Positions 7,827 through 16,955 are shown, counted from the stretch's first letter. The stretch is 21,591 bases of DNA from Abditibacteriaceae bacterium (GCA_031372065.1 JANMKN010000324.1:1-21591); one strand, 5' to 3'. The notes: generated from the sequence alone by a model not told the origin. Numbers and translations: made by a program.

Positions 7827-10826
7827 ATGAAATTCCTTGCTACCTTACTTACTCTGCTTTTGCTATCTCGCATTTCGTTTGCCGAGCCAGTGAAATTCAG
7901 CCGCGATGTATTGCCGATTCTGTCCGACACTTGTTTTTCGTGTCATGGGCCGGATGCACGTGCGCGAAAGGCCGATTTGCGCCTTGACCACAAAGACAGC
8001 GCAATGGGCGTCATAAAACCCGGTAAAAGCACCGAGAGCGAACTGATAAAACGCATTACTTCGCATGATGCAGATGAAGTAATGCCGCCGGTCAAATCGA
8101 ATCGCCAACTGACGGCGCCGCAAATCGAAACGCTTAAAAATTGGATAAACGAAGGCGCGGTTTGGGGCAAACATTGGGCCTTTGAAGCGCCGCAAAAAGC
8201 CGCGCTACCAGCGAACAAAAACAAAACGTGGCCGAAAAACCCGATTGATAATTTCATTTTAGAACGGCTCGAAAAGGCCGGGCTAAAACCTTCACCCCAA
8301 GCGCCGCGTGAAACCTTAATTCGCCGCGTGACTCTCGATTTAACCGGCCTACCACCGACACCCGAAGAAACCGATAATTTCCTTGCCGATAAAGTGCCGG
8401 ATGCCTACGAAAAAGTTGTTGACCACCTTTTGGCAAGCCCGCGTTTTGGCGAGCGCATGGTGTGGGACTGGCTGGATGCCGCGCGCTATGCGGATACCAA
8501 TGGCTTTCAAGGCGACCCAACGCGCCCGATGTTTTACTGGCGCGATTGGGCCGTTAATGCCCTCAACGAAAACAAGCCGTTCGACCAGTGGACACTGGAA
8601 CAAATCGCGGGTGATTTACTGCCCAATCCTACGCAATCTCAGCTAATCGCGACGGGTTTTAATCGCAATCACATGATTAACGGCGAAGGTGGGCGCATCG
8701 CCGAAGAATCACGCGTGGATTATGTCAATGACCGCGCCGAAACGACTGGAACAGTGTGGATGGGCCTGACGGTTGGCTGCGCGCGCTGTCACGACCACAA
8801 ATTCGACCCTATTTCGCAAAAAGATTACTACTCGCTTTACGCCTATTATAATTCCGTTGACGAAAGCGGCGCCAACGATGCAGGTGGCCTTGCCAATCCT
8901 CTGCTTTCACTCGCCACCGACGAGCAAAACCAGAAACTCGCCGCCTTGCGCAATAGTGAAAATGAAGCCAACAAAGCCCGCGCCGCGCTCGAAAAAACCG
9001 TGCGCGAACAGCAAAGCGATTGGGAAAAAACTTTGCGCGATGCCGAGGGCAAATTTGCCGCTCCCGCATGGCAGAATTTAGTGCCGCAAACCGTGCAAAG
9101 CGCGGGCGGCAGCGAATTAAAAACGTTGGATGACAGCAGCGTTTTAGCAAGTGGAAACAGCCCAGACAAAGACGATTACACCCTTTCTTTTAAGGCACCA
9201 ACAGGCATTCTAAGCGGCCTCAAAATCGAAGCCTTGCCCGATGATTCTTTTGTCAACAAAGGGCCGGGCCGCGCCGATAACGGCAACTTTGTCTTGAACG
9301 AAATCGAAGTGACGGCGGGCGACAAGAAAATCAATTTAGATGCGCTGTTTGCCGATTTCGAGCAGCAAGGCTGGGCTGTCGGCGGCGCGACGGATGGAAA
9401 ACTCGATTCCGGCTGGGCCGTAATGCCGACTTTTGGCAAACCACTTAGCGCTGTTTTCCTGCTGCGCGCGCCGCTTGAAAATCAAGAGTTCACTGTTAAA
9501 TTGCGCTTTCAATTTGGCAGGCAGCACACGCTGGGCCATTTTCGTTTGTCGGCAACCACAGCGCCCGCTGCACTTTTGCGGCCTTTGCCAAACGAGATTC
9601 GCGGTCTTTTAGAAAAGCCCGTTGCCCAACGCAACGATGCTGAAAACAAAAAACTCTTTGAATTCGCGCGCGATAGTGACGCCAAGTATTTGGCGTCGAA
9701 ATCCAATGCCGACAACGCGAAAACAACGCGCGAAAACTTTGAAAAATCTCTGCCGCGCACCATGATTATGCGCGACCGCGCCACGCCGCGCGACAGTTTC
9801 ATTTTGGTGCGCGGTCAATACGATAAATACGGTGAAAAAGTGGCGCCCGATGTGCCTTCGACTTTGCCACACTTGCCCGTCGATGCGCCACAAAATCGCT
9901 TGGCGTTAGCGCGCTGGCTGGTGTCAAAAGAAAATCCGCTCACGGCGCGCGTGACGGTCAATCGCTTTTGGCAAACGATCTTCGGCGTCGGTTTGGTAAA
10001 AACGAGTGAAGATTTCGGCGTGCAGGGCGAGCGTCCTTCGCATCCCGATTTGCTCGATTGGTTAGCCGTTGATTTTCAGGAAAACGGCTGGGATATAAAA
10101 CACCTCATTCGCCAGATGGTGACGAGTGCAACCTACCGTCAGTCATCAAAAATCGCGCCCGGTTTGGCCGAACGCGACCCTGAAAATCGTTTATTGGCGC
10201 GCGGGCCGCGTTATCGCCTGCCGTCGTGGATGATTCGTGACGCGGCCCTTTACGCGAGCGGTTTATTAGTCGAAAAACGCGGCAGCGCGCCGGTCAAAGG
10301 CTATCAGCCGCCGGGCGTGTGGGAAGACGCCACCTTTGGCACGATTAGTTATCAGCAAGACCACAGCGAAGCGCTTTACCGGCGCAGTTTGTATCAATTC
10401 TGGCGGCGCATTGTCGGCCCGACGGTGTTTTTCGATGTGTCCAGCCGCCAAAATTGCACCGTGCGCGCCGGACGCACCAACACGCCGCTGCATTCGCTAA
10501 TAACGTTCAACGACATCACTTATGTCGAAGCCGCGCGCGCTTTAGCGCAGCGCGCGATGCAACAAAGCGAAACGCCCAAAGCGCGTCTGGACGCAATTTA
10601 TCGATTGCTTTTAGCGCGCAAGCCGGGTGCAAACGAGCAACGCATTTTGCTTTCGACACTCGAAACCTTGCGCGCCGATTTCACGAAAAACCCCGAAGCC
10701 GCCAAAAAACTAATTTCCACCGGCGAAGCGCCACGCGATGAAAAACTCGATGCCATCGAACACGCCGCGTGGACAGCCTTGTGCAACATGATTATGAACC
10801 TGGATGAAACGCTGTCGAAAGAATGA
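7827..10826 (+). CDS. Planctomycete cytochrome c/DUF1549/DUF1553 protein, module 2, with a central beta-sandwich insertion
   Basis: Signal peptide; FSRDVLPILSDTCFSCHGPD, RKADLRLD, HWAFEAP, LIRRVTLDLTGLPPT, WLDAARYADTNG, CARCHDHKFDPISQKDYY, NPLTARVTVNRFWQ, YRRSLY, RTNTPLHSL and terminal MNLDETLSKE. The insertion at about 9070-9560 contains GPGRADNGNFVL and ATDGKLDSGWAV (F5/8-like). Confidence 0.93.
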   Translation: MKFLATLLTLLLLSRISFAEPVKFSRDVLPILSDTCFSCHGPDARARKADLRLDHKDSAMGVIKPGKSTESELIKRITSHDADEVMPPVKSNRQLTAPQIETLKNWINEGAVWGKHWAFEAPQKAALPANKNKTWPKNPIDNFILERLEKAGLKPSPQAPRETLIRRVTLDLTGLPPTPEETDNFLADKVPDAYEKVVDHLLASPRFGERMVWDWLDAARYADTNGFQGDPTRPMFYWRDWAVNALNENKPFDQWTLEQIAGDLLPNPTQSQLIATGFNRNHMINGEGGRIAEESRVDYVNDRAETTGTVWMGLTVGCARCHDHKFDPISQKDYYSLYAYYNSVDESGANDAGGLANPLLSLATDEQNQKLAALRNSENEANKARAALEKTVREQQSDWEKTLRDAEGKFAAPAWQNLVPQTVQSAGGSELKTLDDSSVLASGNSPDKDDYTLSFKAPTGILSGLKIEALPDDSFVNKGPGRADNGNFVLNEIEVTAGDKKINLDALFADFEQQGWAVGGATDGKLDSGWAVMPTFGKPLSAVFLLRAPLENQEFTVKLRFQFGRQHTLGHFRLSATTAPAALLRPLPNEIRGLLEKPVAQRNDAENKKLFEFARDSDAKYLASKSNADNAKTTRENFEKSLPRTMIMRDRATPRDSFILVRGQYDKYGEKVAPDVPSTLPHLPVDAPQNRLALARWLVSKENPLTARVTVNRFWQTIFGVGLVKTSEDFGVQGERPSHPDLLDWLAVDFQENGWDIKHLIRQMVTSATYRQSSKIAPGLAERDPENRLLARGPRYRLPSWMIRDAALYASGLLVEKRGSAPVKGYQPPGVWEDATFGTISYQQDHSEALYRRSLYQFWRRIVGPTVFFDVSSRQNCTVRAGRTNTPLHSLITFNDITYVEAARALAQRAMQQSETPKARLDAIYRLLLARKPGANEQRILLSTLETLRADFTKNPEAAKKLISTGEAPRDEKLDAIEHAAWTALCNMIMNLDETLSKE

Positions 10827-11593
10827 AAAAGAAGTGGCTTTTACTCTTAGTGCTGCCGCTTGTCTTACTGGGCGTTTTGCGCTGGCAGATGCGACTGAAA
10901 GCCACACATCAAGTGGTGGCGGTAGTCAATGGCGTCAGCGATGCCTATCGTGATTATAATGACGACCTTTATCATTTTCAGATGATGACAGAGATGGGAA
11001 TTGATTACGATTTCATCAAAAGCTGTATGGCGCGTGGCGCAGATTTGAATTTGTTACCAGATCGCGGGGCGGATGTATTTAAGCGCGTCTTCGTTTTACA
11101 CGATTTCGACGTAATTAAATTGCTTGAAACTACGGGCGCACATCCAGATTTAGATACACAACTGTTTTTAGCGGCTTATAAAAGAGAGCCTTCAACTTTC
11201 ACAGAATTATTACGAAAAGGCGCCAATCCCAATGCGCGCGACTTTTTGGGCACGCCTGTTTCTTTTTATACATTAAGCGGTATTTCTAAAGAGCCTCGCG
11301 CCATGTTGGACGAGTTGATAAAAGCAGGATTAGATATTAACGCTCAAGCGGAGCGTGACAGAAATAACACCTTACTTCTGAGCGCCATCATCTATACAGA
11401 CCCCAAGACCATTGATATTCTACTGTCTCATCACGCCAATGTTTTTATCAAAAACGTGCAAAATGATAACGCTATCACAGCTATACAAGGTCGCTCGTAT
11501 GAGTTAGGTGCTACGCCGCTGCGTCACTTATATGCAGAAGCGCATCGTCAAAAGTTGGCTTTGTTACAGTCAAAGGCAAAGGTAATACCATGA
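10823..11593 (+). CDS. Membrane-anchored ankyrin-repeat protein
   Basis: MKKKWLLLLVLPLVLLGVL anchor; ankyrin-like units LLRKGANPNARDFLGTP, LIKAGLDINAQ..NNTLLLSA, LLSHHANVFIKNVQNDNAI. ATGA overlaps at both ends; AT-richer. Confidence 0.85.
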   Translation: MKKKWLLLLVLPLVLLGVLRWQMRLKATHQVVAVVNGVSDAYRDYNDDLYHFQMMTEMGIDYDFIKSCMARGADLNLLPDRGADVFKRVFVLHDFDVIKLLETTGAHPDLDTQLFLAAYKREPSTFTELLRKGANPNARDFLGTPVSFYTLSGISKEPRAMLDELIKAGLDINAQAERDRNNTLLLSAIIYTDPKTIDILLSHHANVFIKNVQNDNAITAIQGRSYELGATPLRHLYAEAHRQKLALLQSKAKVIP

Positions 11594-13065
11594 ATCCACT
11601 CATCGAAGCCCAGCGCCATCTCACGCGCCGCGAATTTTTTGGCAAAAGCGCGTGCGGCTTAGGCACGGCGGCGCTGGCACTGCTTTTGAAAAAAGAGGGC
11701 TTCGCCGCCACGCCATCAGCAACGAAACCGGCTTTGCAGCGAATCGGCGGCTTGCCGGGTTTGCCGCATTTTGCGCCCAAGGCCAAACGCGTCATTTATA
11801 TGTTCATGGATGGCGCGCCCACGCACGTTGATTTGTTCGATTGGAAGCCGAAAATCAAAGAAATGCACGGCCAGCCAGTGCCCGAAGAATACATCAGCGG
11901 CAAGCGATTCAGCACCATGACCGGCTCGCCCAAAGGCAAGCTCATGCTGGCGCCGATGGAGCCGTTTTCGCAGCGAGGGCAAAGCGGCGCGTGGGTTAGC
12001 GACCTTTTGCCGTTCACGGCGCAAATCGCCGACGAATTGTGTTTTGTGAAAAGCATGAACACCGGCGCGGTCAATCATTCACCGGCGATTTCCTATTTTT
12101 TGTCCGGCGCCGAAATGCCCGGACGCCCGACGATAGGCGCGTGGCTTAGTTATGGTTTGGGCAGCGAAAGCGATAATTTGCCCGCCTTTGTGGTGATGAC
12201 TTCTTTAACCAAAGGCACCAGTTGCGGTCAGATTTTTTACGATTATTATTGGACAAGCGGCTTTTTGCCTTCTAAGTTTCAAGGCGTCAAGTTTCGCGGC
12301 GGCGATCCGGTTTTGTATTTAAACAATCCCGACGGCCTGAGCCGCGAAATGCGCCGCACACAGTTGGACGCTTTGGCCGAACTTAACGAAATCAAGCGAA
12401 ACGATTTCGCCGACCCGGAAATTGCCACGCGCATTTCGCAATACGAAATGGCTTACAAGATGCAAGCCAGCGTGCCGGAATTGACCGATTTTTCCGATGA
12501 ATCACCGGCAGTTTTGGAAATGTATGGCCCAAACGTCAAAACGCCCGGCCACTATGCTTACAATTGCCTGATGGCGCGCCGTTTAATCGAGCGCGGTTCG
12601 CGTTTTGTGCAAGTCATGCACGCCGGTTGGGATCAGCATAATTCGCTGACAACCGAACTTTACGCGCAATGCAAAGACACCGATCAGCCTTCGGCGGCTT
12701 TGGTCAAAGATTTAAAACAACGCGGCCTTTTGGATGAAACACTCGTGGTTTGGGGCGGCGAATTTGGCCGCACGCCGTTTATTCAAGGCGACATCAACGA
12801 AAAACTGCGCTGGGGCCGCGATCATCATCCGTATGCCTTTACGCTGTGGATGGCCGGTGGCGGCGTCAAACCGGGCATTTCTTACGGTGAAACCGACGAT
12901 TTAGGCATGAACGTCATCAAAAACCCGGTTCACGTCCACGATTTCCAAGCGACAATGCTGCATTTGATGGGTCTTGACCACGAAAAACTCACCTACAAAT
13001 TCCAAGGCCGCGACTTTCGCTTAACCGATGTTGAAGGAGAAGTGGTGAAGGATATTCTGGTGTGA
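11590..13065 (+). CDS. DUF1501 family protein (Tat-exported), module 2
   Basis: TRREFF twin-arginine motif; PHFAPKAKRVIYMFMDGAPTHVDLFDWKP, CLMARRLIERGSRFVQ, GWDQH, VWGGEFGRTP, GRDHHP and terminal [25 protein letters not shown]. Confidence 0.93.
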   Translation: MNPLIEAQRHLTRREFFGKSACGLGTAALALLLKKEGFAATPSATKPALQRIGGLPGLPHFAPKAKRVIYMFMDGAPTHVDLFDWKPKIKEMHGQPVPEEYISGKRFSTMTGSPKGKLMLAPMEPFSQRGQSGAWVSDLLPFTAQIADELCFVKSMNTGAVNHSPAISYFLSGAEMPGRPTIGAWLSYGLGSESDNLPAFVVMTSLTKGTSCGQIFYDYYWTSGFLPSKFQGVKFRGGDPVLYLNNPDGLSREMRRTQLDALAELNEIKRNDFADPEIATRISQYEMAYKMQASVPELTDFSDESPAVLEMYGPNVKTPGHYAYNCLMARRLIERGSRFVQVMHAGWDQHNSLTTELYAQCKDTDQPSAALVKDLKQRGLLDETLVVWGGEFGRTPFIQGDINEKLRWGRDHHPYAFTLWMAGGGVKPGISYGETDDLGMNVIKNPVHVHDFQATMLHLMGLDHEKLTYKFQGRDFRLTDVEGEVVKDILV

Positions 13066-13313
13066 TTGCCATGTATTTTAGGAGCCAAATTACGAAAGAG
13101 AACAAAGCTGATCTTTATCTCAGCTTAGCTTGCTACCTTCTTAGCTTTGTTGCCGGTATCTTCATTTTAGGTTTCGTCCTTATTCTATTGGGATCAATGG
13201 CCTATCTGTTGAGCGACTCACGTCGCGTTAAGCAAGCAGCCCTGTTTACCATGCTTGGCGCTTTGTCAGGTATTGGATTATCGCTGCTTCTATTCCCAAT
13301 GTTACGAGCTTAG
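13062..13313 (+). CDS. Small integral membrane protein (2-3 TM helices)
   Basis: 83-aa, largely hydrophobic ORF. The GTG start overlaps the upstream TGA (GTGA), with an alternative ATG at 13071; AT-richer codon usage. Confidence 0.65.
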   Translation: MIAMYFRSQITKENKADLYLSLACYLLSFVAGIFILGFVLILLGSMAYLLSDSRRVKQAALFTMLGALSGIGLSLLLFPMLRA

Positions 13314-13325
13314 AGATTTCTAAAA

Positions 13326-13412
13326 CACGAGCGATTGACTTATAAATTTCAGGGCCGCAATTTTCGCCTCACCGATGTCGAAGGCAAAGTCGTGAAAGAT
13401 ATTTTGGCGTGA
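13326..13412 (+). pseudogene. Orphan duplicate of the last 28 codons plus stop of the DUF1501 gene
   Basis: Translates [28 protein letters not shown] versus [28 protein letters not shown] at 12979-13065. By manual alignment 24/28 aa and 67/87 nt are identical. No start codon. Confidence 0.9.
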
Positions 13413-13485
13413 ATCGAATCGCCGTGTGCATAACATCGTTGCTCACGCGCTGGGCAGAGGTCTGAGTTCTTTGCAGCCTTTTTCA

Positions 13486-15159
13486 TTACTGCTTATATAA
13501 TTGGCTTTGCGCGCTGATGGCGGCGGCCTCACCCTTTACTACGCCACGAAAAGCGGCTTTTTTCACGTTTTCCGGCGCTCGTTTTGCGAGTTTCAATATC
13601 GCTGCCGGATCGAGTCGGGCGACATTGCCTCCCATAACTTGCGCTAAGGCTTCGCGCGCCGCCGCTAATCGCTGGGGTCGCGTCAGCCCACGCGCTGTTT
13701 TCACGCGCTGATTCGCCCATTGATAAGCCAAATCATAGGCTTGCTGCCCCAAGTCGCGAGGAGTGTTTGCTGATTGCGAAACAACGTTGCCGGAGCGCGG
13801 TAAAGGTTGCTCTTCCTCGGACATAAACACCCCGACTGCCGCGACAGACGAAATCAACAAAAGCACCAAGATCGAGCCGAATTTACTGGCGGTGCTTTCC
13901 AACGCATAGCCAGACTTTGTGCCGCCAAGTTGCGCGATAAACCCGTCAGTGCTGGGACGAGGCATTGGCTCCTCGGCCCAAGGATCGCGTCTGTGCTGTG
14001 CATTATTAGGCCGCGCCGCAGGAGAATTGGGTGTCGCGTGCCCAGCACGCGAAGCGGCATTCGGCTGATAATCAACGGCTTTCTTAGCTGTGCCCGTTAT
14101 AGACTTTTGACTTTGCTGCAATATATTCGGATGCCGCAGTTTTTGGAGTTCGCTCGCTAAATCCTCGTAACGTCTTACCAAGTCGTTGCATTCGCGCCCT
14201 ATTTCTTCGCTGAAATGGGCCGGTAAACGCGCCGCGTAATCGGGCAAGTCATCCGCGATTTTCTGGCACAGTCCAGCTAACTTTTGCGGACGCGTCATCC
14301 AGCGGTGAGGCGATTCTTCCAAGGCTGCCGGAAAATAGGCCTCGTTGAGCATCGCTTGGACTTCGTCCGCGCTTTGCAGCAACATTCGATAGCATCGTCC
14401 TCCCACAGCATCATAGGAAGGCGGTGCGGGCAAACCACGCGACAGGCTACGATTCAATTCTGTGGCGATGGCTAATATTTCTTGAGGCCGCGCCACACGC
14501 GTTGCTTCGGAGTGCAGAACAATGTCGAATACACAGGAGCGCGGCAGTGTGGCATTCGGCCACCACGTCGCGAAGGAGCGTGCGCTGGCCCCGTCACTTT
14601 TAATTGAGGATAGCAACGCAGCGCGGTTTGCTTGTGTCGCGGGCCATAGGCCGTTTTGGAAAGACCGCGAAGTTGGTGGTGTGCTTGCGGCGGCGCGGCT
14701 CTTAGTAATTGTGATGTCAAAAGGCTCGCGAAGGCCCGCAGAGTAGCGCGCGCGCAGTTGCTCTATGCCGACTAATTCCAATGCTCGCAGCGGATTGCCG
14801 CCTAATTTTTGCAAGCCGCTCTCCATCAGCGCCAAGCTGAAATATTCGTAGGCGATGCGCTGTCCCGGTTGCGATGGCGCGTGTAAAACCTGCATGACAA
14901 CCCAATGCGCGGACTGACGCGCTTTCCAGAATAGCACGATGGGTAGCCCATCTGGAACTTCCTCTATGCCAAGGGAATGATGAAACTCGCGACAAAGAGC
15001 ACCGACTTCTTCCTCCAGCGCTGCGCTAATAGATGCCGAAGCCGTCGTTTTGTATTCGCCGCGCAGTCCCTGTCCGCTGGAGAAGACGACCCACGATATG
15101 CAAATCACATTTTCATTCTTTGGATTTGCAGCGTTTACGAACTTCTCTTGATGCGTCAT
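13486..15159 (-). CDS. Putative GTPase-associated protein 1 (GAP1-N-like) membrane-anchored protein
   Basis: N-terminal VVFSSGQGLRGEYKTTASASIS...PGQRIAYEYFSLAL...LGGNPLRAL resembles GAP1-N domains. RSFATWWP..FDIVL resembles the GAP1 middle motif. A helical region, low-complexity linker, single TM (FGSILVLLLISSVAAVGVFM) and C-terminal domain follow. ATGA overlap with the GTPase gene. Confidence 0.55.
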   Translation of the reverse strand: MTHQEKFVNAANPKNENVICISWVVFSSGQGLRGEYKTTASASISAALEEEVGALCREFHHSLGIEEVPDGLPIVLFWKARQSAHWVVMQVLHAPSQPGQRIAYEYFSLALMESGLQKLGGNPLRALELVGIEQLRARYSAGLREPFDITITKSRAAASTPPTSRSFQNGLWPATQANRAALLSSIKSDGASARSFATWWPNATLPRSCVFDIVLHSEATRVARPQEILAIATELNRSLSRGLPAPPSYDAVGGRCYRMLLQSADEVQAMLNEAYFPAALEESPHRWMTRPQKLAGLCQKIADDLPDYAARLPAHFSEEIGRECNDLVRRYEDLASELQKLRHPNILQQSQKSITGTAKKAVDYQPNAASRAGHATPNSPAARPNNAQHRRDPWAEEPMPRPSTDGFIAQLGGTKSGYALESTASKFGSILVLLLISSVAAVGVFMSEEEQPLPRSGNVVSQSANTPRDLGQQAYDLAYQWANQRVKTARGLTRPQRLAAAREALAQVMGGNVARLDPAAILKLAKRAPENVKKAAFRGVVKGEAAAISAQSQLYKQ

Positions 15160-16955
15160 TGAACGGGATTTGCGGAGCGCTGATTGGCTTGCTCTTCTAA
15201 CTCCAACATAGCCTTAATCTGGCGGCGCCTTTCGGGTGACGGGCCAAACACAAAACTTTTCAAGTCCCAGAAAAGCGTCACGTTCCAGCGCATTGCTTTG
15301 GAAGTTATCCAAAGCAATGGGGAAGCGCAGCCGCTGGGCATAATAGGCGGCGGCGGCGGCGCAATTTGGAAGGGCTGCGTATAATCGGGCTGTCCATTTC
15401 TGCCGCGCACAGGCTGCGAATAAGTGATCGCTGAAGTCAACCATGTCGAGAATTCAATGCACGCTGGCCCGGATTTACTGTTAAGACGGCGCCAAGTGGC
15501 CTCAATCTGATCGTAACCAAAGTCGGCAAAGCGAGCGAAAAGCTGCTCCGAATCTAAGGTGCCTGGTGCTTGGTGGGCGTATTCATCCACTTTGGTCAAC
15601 ACCAAAGCCACAGGCACAACGCGGTTTTTGCCGTTACGCTCTAAAACCAGTTGTAGAACCGTTTTATAACGGTTCATAACTTCCATCCAGTCATCGTCCC
15701 GCTGCCCGCGCCTGGCGTGTGACATATCGGCGACCAGCACAATGCCATCCGATTCGGCGGCGCGGCGCCAGAATTCCTCGACATCCTTGGGATCAGGCGC
15801 TGTATCAATGAGCGCCCCGCCGGGATAATCCAGCAAGTTGAAACGCGCCACGCATTCGTTTTCTAACCATAACTCGAAAGGCAAATCCTGACACGAAACT
15901 GTGCCCGGCGGCAGGTGGTTATGTGTATACAAATCTACAGCGACCTTGCGCAGATCACCGCCCAATATCGCTTCCTCTTGAGTGGCGCTACCGCTACTCT
16001 CCGCGTTGGTGTTTGCCTCAACTGCCACCGCCGGCATGATGCGCAGTGGCCCCAAGTCTTGCGTATACCATTCGTAGAACGCCCCAGCCATCATCGTAGT
16101 CTTGCCCGATTCCCTTCCGCCAATCACGGTCAGAGTAAGACTCATCGGCACAGCACCGGCGATGCCTGTTGTGTGATGCTGGGCCTGCAAACGCATCAGG
16201 CGGCTGTCGGCGCCCCATGCCCATAACATAATGCCAAGAGTCGCCAAGACGCTGCACGGGCCAACAATGCCAAGCACCTTTATCACCGCAGACAAGTGAT
16301 AAATCATCTCCATGCCGTGATAAAACCAGTAGTAAATCAGGCTGACTGTCAGTGCCTGCACCAGCAATTTCGCTATAGTTTTGCGGCTGTTATTGTCCAG
16401 TAATCCTTCACGACGCACCGCAATGTAGCGCGCTGCTAAGAGTCCGATGGCGGCACAGCAAAACATGAGCAGACTACGGTAGCGCAAATAATCAATAAAG
16501 CTTTCGGGATTATACGGTGGCACTTGCAATTCCCGCATCAACGCCACACCCAGTCCGTAGAGCAAACCTGTGCAAAGCCCGACAACGAGCCAGTCACGAA
16601 ACGCTTCAGCAGCATCATGCCATTGCCCAAAGGCCTTGGGAAACAGCGTGCGCGGCAATCCTGTTCCCACTGTCGCGGCCAATATCGTCGCGCCGATGGC
16701 ACACGAAAGAAAGTAGAAATTCCTGTTATATGGTCTTAACTGCGGGGGCAGCCACACAATGAGAGACAGCAAGCCCACAATAAGCGCCCATTTCGCCAGA
16801 CTGCTGACACGCAGACGAACGAGCGGATCCAAAGCCGGACTACGGACGGGCCGCCTGCCGGACAAAGATTCAGGGTTATTGAAAGTTGATTGGTCGACAG
16901 GAGTTTCGTCCGGCGCACCGCCAGTTTGCTCCATCGCACCGTATGTAGTTGACAC
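15156..16955 (-). CDS. Multi-TM protein fused to a TRAFAC-class GTPase (double-GTPase-like)
   Basis: About six N-terminal TM helices. G1 GGRESGKTT, G2 PPGT, G3 DYPG, SDGIVLVAD strand, G4 TKVD, G5 TSA. AGAGAGG RBS just upstream of the GTG start at 16955. Confidence 0.85.
   Translation of the reverse strand: MSTTYGAMEQTGGAPDETPVDQSTFNNPESLSGRRPVRSPALDPLVRLRVSSLAKWALIVGLLSLIVWLPPQLRPYNRNFYFLSCAIGATILAATVGTGLPRTLFPKAFGQWHDAAEAFRDWLVVGLCTGLLYGLGVALMRELQVPPYNPESFIDYLRYRSLLMFCCAAIGLLAARYIAVRREGLLDNNSRKTIAKLLVQALTVSLIYYWFYHGMEMIYHLSAVIKVLGIVGPCSVLATLGIMLWAWGADSRLMRLQAQHHTTGIAGAVPMSLTLTVIGGRESGKTTMMAGAFYEWYTQDLGPLRIMPAVAVEANTNAESSGSATQEEAILGGDLRKVAVDLYTHNHLPPGTVSCQDLPFELWLENECVARFNLLDYPGGALIDTAPDPKDVEEFWRRAAESDGIVLVADMSHARRGQRDDDWMEVMNRYKTVLQLVLERNGKNRVVPVALVLTKVDEYAHQAPGTLDSEQLFARFADFGYDQIEATWRRLNSKSGPACIEFSTWLTSAITYSQPVRGRNGQPDYTQPFQIAPPPPPIMPSGCASPLLWITSKAMRWNVTLFWDLKSFVFGPSPERRRQIKAMLELEEQANQRSANPVQ

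Noticed and set aside
2489..12078. Numerous antisense and alternate-frame ORFs (60-241 aa) overlapping the large genes
   Set aside because: Shadow ORFs expected from the codon bias of GC-rich genes; no recognisable motifs.
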